Positions 7,892 through 17,079 of a stretch of DNA of 64,000 nt are shown piece after piece. The position numbers and the translations under genes are program-made. Numbering within the stretch: the first letter of the stretch is position 1; every line of letters begins with the position of its first letter. Under the pieces are notes generated by a model. That model was not told the origin of the DNA. It did no database searches and worked only from the letters and a program-made list of their open reading frames with translations. The stretch comes from Acidimicrobiia bacterium (GTDB taxonomy: Bacteria > Actinomycetota > Acidimicrobiia > IMCC26256 > PALSA-555), in the NCBI GenBank assembly GCA_046484625.1, contig JAWOIO010000109.1:1842-65841 (forward strand), read 5' to 3'.

Positions 7892-9496
7892 TCAGGCGAG
7901 GGCGACGAGGTCGAGCAGGTCGTCGGACCAGTAGTCGAGGTCACCCTCGGGCATCAGCAGCACCCGGTCGGGCGCGAGCCGCTCGACGAACCCCGCGTCG
8001 TGGCTCACCAGCACGATGGTCCCGGGCCAGGTCGCGAGCGCGGCACCGATCGCGTCGCGCGACGGCGGGTCGAGGTTGTTCGTCGGCTCGTCGAGCAGGA
8101 GCAGGTTGTGCTTGCCCGCGACGAGCTGCGCGAGCGCGAGCTTGGTCTTCTCGCCACCCGACAGCGTGCCTGCGTCCTGGTGCGCGATCTCGCCGCGAAG
8201 TCCGAACATGCCGAGCAGGTTCCGCTGCTCCTGGTTCGTCATCGACCCGTGGTCGGCGAAGTGCGACAGCACGGTCTTGCCGGCCGCGATGCCCTCGTGC
8301 TCCTGGGCGTAGTAGCCCGCCGAGACGTTGTGCCCGAGCTTCACGGATCCCGAGTCGGCCTCGGTGCGCTCGGCGAGGATGCGCATCAACGACGTCTTCC
8401 CTGCGCCGTTGAGCCCCATGATGAGCAGTCGCTCGTCGCGGCCGACATCGAAGGTGACGTCGGCGAACACTGGCGGCCCCCCGTAGCCCTTCTTCAGCCC
8501 CTCGACCGTCAGCACTGTGGAGCCTGGCCGCGGAGGCGCGGGGAAGCGCACGTTGATCGCCGCCTCCTTCTTCGGGCCGGTCTTGGCGTCGCGCCGCATG
8601 CGTGCGATGCGCGTGTCGAGTGCCTTGGCCTGCTTCGCGCGCTTCTCGGTCTGGCCGCGCATCGTGTCGGCCAGCGTCTTGATGCGCTTGATCTCGGACT
8701 GCTCGTGGGCGACGGTGCGGGCCAGCCGCACCTCGTCGGCCGCGCGCTGCTCGAGGTACTGCGAGTACGTGCCGCGGTACTCGGTCATCTGCGCGGCGTC
8801 GAGGTGCAAGATGCGGGTGATGGCCTCGTCGAGGAGCTGGAGGTCGTGGCTCACGACGAGGAGCGCGCCACGGTACGAGCGCAGGAAGCCGAGCAACCAC
8901 TCCTTGGCATCGGTGTCGAGGTGGTTGGTCGGCTCGTCGAGCAGGAGCAGCTCGCTCCCCGCGAACAGGATGCGCGACAGCTCGACGCGGCGACGCTCCC
9001 CGCCCGAGAGCGCGGAGAGGGGGAGGTCGAGCCGGTCGTCGGGGAGGCCGAGGCCGTGGGCGATCGTACGGGCCTCGGCGTCGGCGCCGTAGCCCCCTGC
9101 GCTTCGGTAGTTCTCCTCGGCCCGGGCGAAGCGGGCGACGTTGCGGTCGGTGGGGTCCTCGTCGACGCGGGCCCGCAGGATCTCGATCCGCTCGGCGGCG
9201 GTGTCGAGTCCCCGGCCCGAGAGGACGTGGGCCAGCGCGGTGATCTCGGTGGAGCGGGAACGGGGCTTGGGGTCCTGGGGGAGATAGCCCAGCTCGTCGG
9301 AGCGCAGGACCGTGCCCCCGGCGGACGGCGCCTCACCGGCGAGCACCTTGAGCAGGCTCGTCTTCCCCGTGCCGTTGCGGCCGACGAGGCCGACGGTGTC
9401 ACCGGCGCGCAGCGAGAACGAGGCGTCCGCCAACGTCTGGCGGCCACCGACCTCGACCGAGAGGGAACGGACCTGGAGCACCCTCCATGATCCCAC
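7892..9496 (-). CDS. ABC-F family ATPase (two ABC domains, no TM domain)
   Basis: 534-aa ORF. Two Walker A motifs (GRNGTGKT, GLNGAGKT), two LSGGE signatures, and an Arg/Lys-rich inter-domain linker. Exact start is uncertain (GTG at 9496 or GTG at 9481). Confidence 0.85.
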   Translation of the reverse strand: MGSWRVLQVRSLSVEVGGRQTLADASFSLRAGDTVGLVGRNGTGKTSLLKVLAGEAPSAGGTVLRSDELGYLPQDPKPRSRSTEITALAHVLSGRGLDTAAERIEILRARVDEDPTDRNVARFARAEENYRSAGGYGADAEARTIAHGLGLPDDRLDLPLSALSGGERRRVELSRILFAGSELLLLDEPTNHLDTDAKEWLLGFLRSYRGALLVVSHDLQLLDEAITRILHLDAAQMTEYRGTYSQYLEQRAADEVRLARTVAHEQSEIKRIKTLADTMRGQTEKRAKQAKALDTRIARMRRDAKTGPKKEAAINVRFPAPPRPGSTVLTVEGLKKGYGGPPVFADVTFDVGRDERLLIMGLNGAGKTSLMRILAERTEADSGSVKLGHNVSAGYYAQEHEGIAAGKTVLSHFADHGSMTNQEQRNLLGMFGLRGEIAHQDAGTLSGGEKTKLALAQLVAGKHNLLLLDEPTNNLDPPSRDAIGAALATWPGTIVLVSHDAGFVERLAPDRVLLMPEGDLDYWSDDLLDLVALA

Positions 9497-9510
9497 GCGG
9501 GCCTGCGGGT

Positions 9511-9668
9511 TCCCGCACCGCTTTCCGTGACGGATCGCGCCCGCGCACCGGTTCTGGTGACGGATCGCGCCCGCGCACCGGTTCTGGTGACGGATCGCGC
9601 CGTCACGGGGGCCGGATCCGACACGAGAAGGGTGGGGAGGGCCGGATCCGTCACGAGAAGGGAGCGGC
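9511..9668. repeat. Composite tandem-repeat block: about 3.5 copies of one 30-bp unit followed by 2 copies of a second 30-bp unit with inverted complementarity
   Basis: gtgacggatcgcgcccgcgcaccggttctg is identical at 9527..9556 and 9557..9586; a partial third copy starts at 9587 and a degenerate copy lies at 9497..9526. gggccggatccg(a/t)cacgagaaggg occurs at 9609 and 9639. gtgacggatc and gatccgtcac are reverse complements. Confidence 0.85.
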
Positions 9669-9683
9669 GAAGCAGTGCTCAGA

Positions 9684-10112
9684 TCAGCGGAGCTCGCAGA
9701 TCTCGTACGTGAGGATGGTGTTGTCCTCCGAGAGCGTCCCCTTGGCCACCGCCTGGATCGCGTTCAGCCAGGTGTAGCGCTCGTCGCCGGTCTCGTAGAG
9801 CGGCGCGGCGTAGATCGGCTTGACGCCCGGGCCCTCGGAGAAGTCGGTCCGGCCGTGGTACCAGGAGTAGACGAGGGCGCCGTCGTGGGTCTCGAAGAGG
9901 GCGCGCACATCGAGCGTGCCGACCCCCTCGGCGCTCAGGGTCATCCAGTCGGCGGCGGCGACGCCCTTCAAGCTGCCCCGCAACCGATCGCCCTCGTACG
10001 CACCCTCGCGGACCTCGGCGATGATCCGGGTCCCCGACGGGGTGGACGGGAGGACGAATGGCTCGGCCAGCGTGATGCGGGCGGTGGCGAGGGGGACGAG
10101 CTCGATGGTCAT
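9684..10112 (-). CDS. DUF3237-like beta-barrel protein
   Basis: Internal ATG (MTIELVPL) of ORF 9684..10256. The G.R...EV.EG..EG..L.G.....AADWM....EGVG.LDVR pattern resembles DUF3237. Confidence 0.6.
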   Translation of the reverse strand: MTIELVPLATARITLAEPFVLPSTPSGTRIIAEVREGAYEGDRLRGSLKGVAAADWMTLSAEGVGTLDVRALFETHDGALVYSWYHGRTDFSEGPGVKPIYAAPLYETGDERYTWLNAIQAVAKGTLSEDNTILTYEICELR

Positions 10113-10182
10113 GGTGGCATCCTGCCAGAGCGTGCCCGGCCGGGCGACCAGATCGCGCGCAGCCGGACGATAGGTTCGCGCC

Positions 10183-10641
10183 ATGCTGCAGACAGGTGAC
10201 CTGGTCGACGACTTCGAGCTCCCCGACCAGACGGGCGCGGTGCGGCGGCTCAGCACGATGCTTGCCGACGGGCCGGTGGTGCTGTTCTTCTACCCCGCGG
10301 CGATGACCAAGGGCTGCACGATGGAGAGCTGCCACTTCCGGGACCTCGCGGCGGAGTTCGCCGCGGCGGGCGCGCAGCGCGTCGGCATCAGCGGCGACAC
10401 CGTCGACACGCAGAAGGAGTTCTCCGACGCCCACGAGTTCGACTACCCGCTGCTCGCGGACACCGAGGGCACCGTCGCCGAGCTCTTCGGCGTGAAGCGC
10501 TCGTTCGGGATCTCGCCGTTGAAGCGGGCCACGTTCGTGATCGACCGGGACCGGACGGTCCTCGCCGCGATCAAGAGCGAGATCCGCATGAACGTCCACG
10601 CCGACAAGGCGCTCGAGGTGCTGCGAGCCGCGGCCGCCTGA
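10183..10641 (+). CDS. bcp: Thiol peroxidase / peroxiredoxin Bcp
   Basis: 152-aa ORF with the FFYPAAMTKGCTMESCHFRD motif (peroxidatic Cys in T-x-x-C). Size and layout are typical of Bcp. Confidence 0.85.
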   Translation: MLQTGDLVDDFELPDQTGAVRRLSTMLADGPVVLFFYPAAMTKGCTMESCHFRDLAAEFAAAGAQRVGISGDTVDTQKEFSDAHEFDYPLLADTEGTVAELFGVKRSFGISPLKRATFVIDRDRTVLAAIKSEIRMNVHADKALEVLRAAAA

Positions 10642-10669
10642 GCCTCGGTTCGGACCGGGCTTGCCGTAG

Positions 10670-10683
10670 CGAACATACGTTCG
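10670..10683 (+). promoter_or_regulatory. LexA-type SOS box upstream of dnaE2
   Basis: CGAACATACGTTCG lies 37 nt upstream of the dnaE2 ATG. It has the same core as the box at 1645..1658. Confidence 0.75.
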
Positions 10684-10720
10684 ATACGGTGCTCTCCCCG
10701 AGCGGAGTGGGCCAGGCGCC

Positions 10721-13700
10721 ATGTACGCGGAGCTGCACTGCCACACGAACTTCTCGTTCCTCGACGGGGCGAGCCACCCCGAGGAGCTGGTCGACGAGGC
10801 CGTGCGGCTCGGGCTCGCCGGCCTGGCCGTCACCGACCACGACGGCTGCTACGGGGTGGTGCGCTTCGCCGAGGCCGCCCGCACCGCAGCTCTGCCCACG
10901 GTGTTCGGCGCCGAGCTCACACTCGAGCGGCGTGCCGGAGCAGCGAGCACCGGAGCAGCGAGCGTCCCGGAGGCCGATCCACCTGGCGAGCATCTCGTGG
11001 TGCTCGCCGACGGAGTGGAGGGGTACGCCCGACTCGCACGCGCGGTGAGTGCCGCGCAGATGGCAGGGGAGAAGGGGGCGCCGCGCTTCACGCTCGCGGG
11101 GCTCGCCGAGGGTGCCCGCGCCGGAGTGCACGTCAACGGGAACCGGGCCAGCGTCACGAACGACTCGTGGTTCGTGCTCACGGGGTGTCGCAAGGGCGCG
11201 GTACCGAGCGCGCTCATGGCCGACGGGCCCGCCGCGGCCCGCCACGCCCTCGACCGCCTGGTCGCGGCGTTCGGGCGCGAACGGGTGCTGGTGGAGCTGT
11301 GGGACCACGGCGACCCGCTCGACCGGCATCGCAACGACGCGCTCGCCCGGGTCGCCGTGCACGCGGGCGTGGAGGTCGTCGCCACCAACAACGTGCACTA
11401 CGCGACCTCGAAGCAGCGCCCGCTCGCCACCGCGCTCGCCGCGGTGCGGGCCCGGCGCTCGCTCGACGAGCTCGACGGGTGGCTCCCCGCCGCGGGGTTC
11501 GCGCACCTGCGCTCGCCGGGGGAGCAGGCCCGACGCTTCGCGCGCTGGCCCGGCGCGGTGCAGCGTTCGGTGGAGGTCGCGCAGGAGTGCGCGTTCGACC
11601 TCCGGCTCGCCGCTCCCGAGCTCCCCGACCTCGAGGTGCCGGAGGGGCACACCGACATGTCGTGGCTGCGTGAGCTCACCAGACGCGGCGCCGAGGTGCG
11701 CTACCCGCGCTCGCACCCGCAGCACGAGCAGGCGCAACGGCAGATGGCCTATGAGCTCGACGTGATCGAGCAGCTGAACTTCCCCGGCTACTTCCTCGTC
11801 CTCGTCGACATCGTCGACTTCTGCCGTCGCTCCGACATCTACTGCCAGGGACGGGGGAGCGCCGCCAACAGCGCGGTCTGCTACGCGCTCGGCGTCACCA
11901 AGGCCGACGCGGTCGCGCTCGGGCTGCTGTTCGAGCGCTTCCTCTCGCCCGAGCGCGACGGCCCACCCGACATCGACCTCGACATCGAGCACGAACGCCG
12001 CGAGGAGGTCATCCAACACGTCTACGAGAAGTACGGGCGCGACCGCGCCGCGCAGGTCGCGAACGTCATCACCTACCGGCCCCGCTCCGCGATGCGCGAG
12101 ATGGCCAAGGTCGCCGGGCTCTCGCCCGGGCAGGCCGACGCGCTCAGCAAGCGCATTGACGGCTGGGCCGGTCGGGGTGGGGACGGGGGCGCGTCGGCTC
12201 TCCAGGGGGTACGTGACTCCGGCACCGCCCTCCCCGACCTCGTGCTCGACCTCGCCACCCAGGTGCTCGACTACCCCCGCCACCTCGGGATCCACTCCGG
12301 CGGCATGGTGATGGCCGACCGGCCACTGGTGGAGTTCTGCCCGGTGGAGTGGGCCCGCATGGAGGACCGGTCGGTGCTCCAGTGGGACAAGGACGACTGC
12401 GCGGCTGCGGGGCTCGTGAAGTTCGACCTGCTCGGCCTCGGGATGCTCACGATGCTGCACCTCGCCGTCGACCTGGTGCGCGAGCACGAGGGCATCGACC
12501 TCGACCTTGCCACCATCCCCCAGGAGGACGAGGTCTACGACCTGCTCTGCGCGGCCGACACGATCGGCGTGTTCCAGGTGGAGAGCCGGGCCCAGATGGC
12601 CACGTTGCCCCGCCTGCGGCCCCGCACCTTCTACGACCTGGTGATCGAGGTCGCGCTCATCCGACCCGGCCCGATCCAGGGCGGCTCCGTGCACCCGTAC
12701 CTGCGCCGGCGCGCCGGCGAGGAGCCCGTCACCTACCCGCACCCGGTGCTGGAGCCCTGCCTGCGCAAGACCCTCGGCGTGCCGCTGTTCCAGGAGCAGC
12801 TCATGCAGATCGCGATCGACGCGGCCGGGTTCACGCCCGGCGAGGCCGACCGGCTGCGTCAGGCGATGGGCTCGAAGCGGTCGAAGGCGCGCATGGCCGC
12901 GATGCGGGAGCGGCTCATGGTCGGGATGGCCGAGCGGGGAATTGTCGGCGACACCGCCGAGGAGATCGCCACCAAGCTCGAGGCGTTCGCGCACTTCGGC
13001 TTCCCCGAGAGCCACTCGGTGAGCTTCGCCTACCTCGTGTACTCGAGCGCGTGGGTGAAGTACCACCACCCCGACGCGTTCGCGTGCGCGCTGCTCAACG
13101 CGCAGCCGATGGGCTTCTACTCGCCGCACACGATCACCCGAGACGCGATCCGCCACGGGGTCGAGGTGCTCGGCCCGTGCGTGCAGGCATCGCGCCGCGA
13201 GTGCACGCTCGAGCCGCGCTCACGCGACGCCGGTCCCATCGGCGTGCCTCAGCCCGGCTGGCACGCCGCACCGTCCACCCGTGCCATGCGCGTCGGCCTG
13301 CGCTACGTGCGCGGGCTGTCGAGCGCGCTGCTCGACCGCATCGACGCGACCCGTGAGGCGGACGGCAGGTTCGTGGACCTGGAGGACTTCACCCGGCGCA
13401 CGCACGCACCGGTCGACGCGCTGGAGGCGCTCGCCACCGCGGGCGCGTTCGCGTGCTTCGGCGTCGGTCGACGGGACGCGCTCTGGGCCGCGGGCGCGCT
13501 GGGCGAGGTACGGCCCGGTCGCCTCCCCGGCGTGGTCACCGGCGTCGAGGCACCCCGCCTCCCCGGCATGGATCCCATCGAGGAGACCGCCGCCGACCTC
13601 TGGTCCACCGGGCTGTCGGCCGGCGCGCACCCCACCGAGTTCGCCCGGGAGCGGCTCGCTGCCCGCGGTGCGGTCACCGCGGCGGGGCTGCGGGACCTCC

Positions 13701-13987
13701 CGCACCGCACGGTCGTGGAGGTGGGTGGGGTGGTCACGCACCGCCAGCAGCCCGAGACCGCGCACGGCGTGGTGTTCCTCAACCTCGAGGACGAGACGGG
13801 GTTGGTGAACGTGATCTGCACGCCCGACGTGTGGAGGCGGTTCCGGAGGGTCGCCCGCGAGTCGCCGGCCCTGTGCGTGCGCGGGCTCCTCGAACGCCAC
13901 CAGGGCGTCATCAACCTCATCGCCCGCCGCATCGAGCCGCTCGACCTGCGCCCGGCCTCGCTGCTGCGTTCCCGCGACTTCCGCTAG
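10721..13987 (+). CDS. dnaE2: Error-prone DNA polymerase III alpha-like subunit DnaE2
   Basis: 1088-aa ORF. PHP domain start MYAELHCHTNFSFLDGAS, polymerase core motifs, length typical of DnaE2, SOS box upstream, and imuA'B nearby. Confidence 0.9.
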   Translation: MYAELHCHTNFSFLDGASHPEELVDEAVRLGLAGLAVTDHDGCYGVVRFAEAARTAALPTVFGAELTLERRAGAASTGAASVPEADPPGEHLVVLADGVEGYARLARAVSAAQMAGEKGAPRFTLAGLAEGARAGVHVNGNRASVTNDSWFVLTGCRKGAVPSALMADGPAAARHALDRLVAAFGRERVLVELWDHGDPLDRHRNDALARVAVHAGVEVVATNNVHYATSKQRPLATALAAVRARRSLDELDGWLPAAGFAHLRSPGEQARRFARWPGAVQRSVEVAQECAFDLRLAAPELPDLEVPEGHTDMSWLRELTRRGAEVRYPRSHPQHEQAQRQMAYELDVIEQLNFPGYFLVLVDIVDFCRRSDIYCQGRGSAANSAVCYALGVTKADAVALGLLFERFLSPERDGPPDIDLDIEHERREEVIQHVYEKYGRDRAAQVANVITYRPRSAMREMAKVAGLSPGQADALSKRIDGWAGRGGDGGASALQGVRDSGTALPDLVLDLATQVLDYPRHLGIHSGGMVMADRPLVEFCPVEWARMEDRSVLQWDKDDCAAAGLVKFDLLGLGMLTMLHLAVDLVREHEGIDLDLATIPQEDEVYDLLCAADTIGVFQVESRAQMATLPRLRPRTFYDLVIEVALIRPGPIQGGSVHPYLRRRAGEEPVTYPHPVLEPCLRKTLGVPLFQEQLMQIAIDAAGFTPGEADRLRQAMGSKRSKARMAAMRERLMVGMAERGIVGDTAEEIATKLEAFAHFGFPESHSVSFAYLVYSSAWVKYHHPDAFACALLNAQPMGFYSPHTITRDAIRHGVEVLGPCVQASRRECTLEPRSRDAGPIGVPQPGWHAAPSTRAMRVGLRYVRGLSSALLDRIDATREADGRFVDLEDFTRRTHAPVDALEALATAGAFACFGVGRRDALWAAGALGEVRPGRLPGVVTGVEAPRLPGMDPIEETAADLWSTGLSAGAHPTEFARERLAARGAVTAAGLRDLPHRTVVEVGGVVTHRQQPETAHGVVFLNLEDETGLVNVICTPDVWRRFRRVARESPALCVRGLLERHQGVINLIARRIEPLDLRPASLLRSRDFR
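10935..10964. repeat. 15-bp tandem duplication inside dnaE2
   Basis: ccggagcagcgagca / ccggagcagcgagcg; encodes AGAAS-TGAAS within the PHP-domain region. Confidence 0.8.
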
Positions 13988-13998
13988 AACTCCTGGCC

Positions 13999-14490
13999 AT
14001 GAGCGAACCGATCACCCTGATCCCCATCGGCCGGCTCGTGGGCGGGCGCACCGAGCCGATCGACGACGACTGGGACGCGGTCGAGGCGACGATCATGCTC
14101 GACCCCACCCAGCTCGACGCCGACGCCACCGCCGGCCTCGACGCGTTCTCGCACCTCGACGTGGTGTTCGCGTTCCACCGCGTGCCGGACGAAGAGATCC
14201 ATCGTGGCGCCCGGCACCCGCGCGGTCGGGAGGACTGGCCGTTGGTGGGGATCCTCGCCCAACGGGGGAAGGGGCGTCCGAACCGGATCGGGGTGAGCAC
14301 GTGCGCGCTCGTCCGCGTCGACGGGTTCACCCTGCACGTGCGAGGGCTCGACGCGATCGACGGCTCGCCCGTGCTCGACGTGAAGGCGCACTTCGAGGAG
14401 ATGGGACCCCGCGGTGAGGTCCGCCAGCCCGCGTGGAGCCGTGAGGTCATGACGGGGTACTGGTCCGATCGGGAGTCCCCGCACGGGTGA
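13999..14490 (+). CDS. TrmO/TsaA (YaeB)-like SAM-dependent methyltransferase
   Basis: ATG at 13999 in ORF 13453..14490. Motifs F.R.P.RPNRIG.S...L..V.G..L.V.GLDA.DG.P.LD.K. Confidence 0.75.
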   Translation: MSEPITLIPIGRLVGGRTEPIDDDWDAVEATIMLDPTQLDADATAGLDAFSHLDVVFAFHRVPDEEIHRGARHPRGREDWPLVGILAQRGKGRPNRIGVSTCALVRVDGFTLHVRGLDAIDGSPVLDVKAHFEEMGPRGEVRQPAWSREVMTGYWSDRESPHG

Positions 14491-14555
14491 GGCGGGTACC
14501 CTGGTCGCCGAGCCATGGAGCCAGAAGCGATGAACGAGCCCCCGAGTAGCGAGCA

Positions 14556-15806
14556 ATGCCGCGCCGCGACCGCGTCCTGCGGCGGTTCCGCGTGCTTCTC
14601 CGCGCGGAACCGACCGACGTCCGGGCTGGCTTCGTCGCGCATCTTCTCGCCACCGCGACGGGACTCCTCGCCGGGCTGATCCTCGGGTCGATCACCGGGA
14701 CGCTCGGTGAGCTCCCCGGGCTGCTCGTCCTCGTCCCCGCGGCTGTCGGCCTGCGGGGCAACGTCTTCGGCGCCCTCGGGAGCCGCCTCGGCACGCTCGT
14801 CGCGACGGGGAGCTTCCAGCTCTCCCGCCGTCGCGACACCGAGGTCGGACAGAACCTCGCCGCATCCGTGGCGCTGTCGCTCGGGCTCTCGCTCCTGCTC
14901 GCGGTGGTGGCCAAGGGTATGGCCGAGGCGTTCGGCGTCCGCTCGTCGATCGGGGTCGGCGACCTCGTCGTGGTCTCGGTGATCGGGGCGATCATCCCTA
15001 CGATCGTGGTGATGGCGATCACGGTCGGTGTCGCCGCCCTGGGTGTGCGCCACGAGTGGGACGTCGACAACGTGAGCGTGCCGCTCGTCACCGCGGCCGG
15101 CGACCTCGTGACCCTGCCGAGCCTGTTCCTGGCGACGTTCCTCGTGCGCGACATCGCCCGGTGGGTCCCGGTGATCGTCGCGGTGGTGTGCGTCGTGGGT
15201 GCGACCCTGGGCCTCGTCGCGGCGCTGCGTACCCACCTGCCCGTCCTCCGCCGCATCGTCGCGGAGTCGGTCCCGTTCCTCCTGGTCGCCGGGATCGTGA
15301 GCACGTTCGCCGGGATCACGATCCAGTCCCGGCTCGACACGTTCGACCGGCATCCGGCGCTGCTCATGGTGATCCCGCCGCTGCTCTCGCTGTCGGGGTC
15401 ACTCGCAGGGATGCTGTCGGCGCGGGTGGCGACCAAGCTGCATCTCGGGATCATCACCCCGTCGCGCGCATCGTCGCGCGCCTCGTTGCGGCGCGTGGCC
15501 GACGACCTGACCCTCGTCTTCGCCGTCGCCATCCCGATCTTCCTCGTCCTCGGGCTCGCAGCTGACGTGCTCTCGGCGGTCACCGGCCTGGCGAGCCCCG
15601 GGGCGCTCGAGATGGTCGGGCTCGTGCTGATGGCGGGGATCGTCGCGACCGCGCTCGCGTGTGTGGTCGCGTACGCCGCGGCGCTCGCGACGTATCGCCT
15701 CGGATGGGATCCCGACAACAACGGGGTCCCACTCGTCTCGTCGGCGTCCGACTTCCTCGGGGCGGCGTCGTTGATGGTGTGTCTGGGTATCCTGGGCCTC
15801 TCCTGA
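14556..15806 (+). CDS. Tandem (fused) MgtE-type divalent-cation transporter, membrane domains only
   Basis: 416-aa ORF with two repeats of the MgtE TM-domain pattern (P..VGLRGNVFGALGSRLGT.. and PPLLSLSGSLAGMLSARVATKLHLG). No N-terminal or CBS cytosolic domains. Confidence 0.75.
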   Translation: MPRRDRVLRRFRVLLRAEPTDVRAGFVAHLLATATGLLAGLILGSITGTLGELPGLLVLVPAAVGLRGNVFGALGSRLGTLVATGSFQLSRRRDTEVGQNLAASVALSLGLSLLLAVVAKGMAEAFGVRSSIGVGDLVVVSVIGAIIPTIVVMAITVGVAALGVRHEWDVDNVSVPLVTAAGDLVTLPSLFLATFLVRDIARWVPVIVAVVCVVGATLGLVAALRTHLPVLRRIVAESVPFLLVAGIVSTFAGITIQSRLDTFDRHPALLMVIPPLLSLSGSLAGMLSARVATKLHLGIITPSRASSRASLRRVADDLTLVFAVAIPIFLVLGLAADVLSAVTGLASPGALEMVGLVLMAGIVATALACVVAYAAALATYRLGWDPDNNGVPLVSSASDFLGAASLMVCLGILGLS

Positions 15807-15833
15807 TGGAGCTCACAGTCTGATGAAGCGCTG

Positions 15834-17060
15834 ATGGACGACAAACCCCCTCGCAACCTCAAGGCGATGTTGTCGGAGGCGAAGGACACCTCGGAGCTCA
15901 TGGTCGACCTCGCCTACGCCGCGCTGTTCTTCGGCGACGAGCACATGGCGACGGAGGTCCAGGAGCTCGAAGAGCGCCAGCGCGACCTCGTGCACGAGAT
16001 GCGCGAGGTGTGCGTGCTCGCCGCGCGCGCCCCTCGTGAGGCCGAGCAGATGTCGAGCGTGCTCCACGTCGTCTCGGCGATCGAGCGCATGGCCAACGCT
16101 GCGGTCGCGATCTCGCGCATCGTCACGCACCGTCTCGGGATCCCGGCGTCGCTCGTCGCCGATCTCGCCGCGGCCGAAGAGGTGTCGCACCGCGTCCGTA
16201 TCCGGGACGAGTCGGCGTTGGCCCACCGCTCCCTCGCCGACGTCGAGCTGCCGGTCGAGGTCGGCATGCGCATCGTCGCGATCCGCCGGACCAAGGAGTG
16301 GATCATCGATCCTGACGGCGACGAGACACTGCTCCCCGACGACGTGCTGATCCTCCGAGGGCCGTCAGAAGGGATCGGTGAGCTGCGACAGCTCGCGAGC
16401 GCCCCCGAGTGGCGACCTCCGACCGTCGTCGAGGATCCGGCGATCACCGACCTCGACCGTGCCGTCGACGTCCTGGTGGAGATGAAGAACATCTCCGAGG
16501 TCGCGATCGGGCTTGCCTACTCGGCGCTGCTGTTCAACGACCAGAGCCTCGCCGCCGAGGTCAGCCACCTCGAGGACCGCCTCGACGAGATGCGAGAGCG
16601 GCTCGAGGTCTGGGTGCTCCGCTCGGCCGCCGACGAGGTCGACCCGTCCCCGTTGCGCGGTCTCCTGCACCTCGGCGCAGCCGCCGAGGAGCTGGGCGAT
16701 GCCGCCCAGCAGATGGTGTGGCTCGTCGAGGAGCAAGAGGAGATGCACCCCATCTTGCGGATGGCGTTGGGTGAGTCCGACGAGGTCATCGCCCGGGTGC
16801 CCGTGGCGGCGGGCTCGGCGCTCGACGGCGTGGCGCTGGCGCACGCGCGGATCGAGGTCGAGACCGGCTTCTACCTCCTCGCGATCCGGCGTGCGGGCCG
16901 GTACGTGTACCGGCCGCGCGGGCACACCCGTGTGCTCGCCGGCGACGAGCTGATCGCCAGCGGGCCCGACGAGGGCCAGGCGCTGCTTGCCGAGCGGTGC
17001 GGGTACCGCGTCCTCGAGGACGAGGACACAGGCGAGATCGAGCTCGTCCCCGCGCCCTGA
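15834..17060 (+). CDS. Soluble regulatory protein, 2 x (PhoU-like helical domain + TrkA-C/RCK_C domain)
   Basis: 408-aa ORF with an internal duplication: (..ELMVDLAYAALFFGD.. + ..VRIRDESALAHRSLADVELP..) and (..EVAIGLAYSALLFND.. + ..RVPVAAGSALDGVALA..). Confidence 0.7.
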   Translation: MDDKPPRNLKAMLSEAKDTSELMVDLAYAALFFGDEHMATEVQELEERQRDLVHEMREVCVLAARAPREAEQMSSVLHVVSAIERMANAAVAISRIVTHRLGIPASLVADLAAAEEVSHRVRIRDESALAHRSLADVELPVEVGMRIVAIRRTKEWIIDPDGDETLLPDDVLILRGPSEGIGELRQLASAPEWRPPTVVEDPAITDLDRAVDVLVEMKNISEVAIGLAYSALLFNDQSLAAEVSHLEDRLDEMRERLEVWVLRSAADEVDPSPLRGLLHLGAAAEELGDAAQQMVWLVEEQEEMHPILRMALGESDEVIARVPVAAGSALDGVALAHARIEVETGFYLLAIRRAGRYVYRPRGHTRVLAGDELIASGPDEGQALLAERCGYRVLEDEDTGEIELVPAP

Positions 17061-17079
17061 GCGGCGTGCGCGTGCGTCC

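Noticed and set aside
8851-9654. ORF starting inside the repeat block (MTDPALPTLL...) as a leader peptide for the ABC-F gene
   Set aside because: It does not terminate before the ABC-F gene. It runs 267 codons out of frame through it, and its composition is repeat-driven, so it is not a short regulatory uORF.
9511-9668. Possible CRISPR array
   Set aside because: The repeat units abut each other with no unique spacers. There are two different unit types and no cas genes nearby. It is a tandem/inverted repeat block.
10571-13156. 861-aa minus-strand ORF covering most of dnaE2
   Set aside because: Antisense shadow ORF. It has low-complexity Arg/Gly/Glu-rich composition and no motifs, and dnaE2 on the plus strand is unambiguous.
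14491-14555. Mg2+ (M-box) or other metal riboswitch upstream of the MgtE-like gene (also checked 21173..21252 upstream of corA)
   Set aside because: The spacers are only about 65-80 nt, far shorter than an M-box, and I could not see the conserved helices or motifs.
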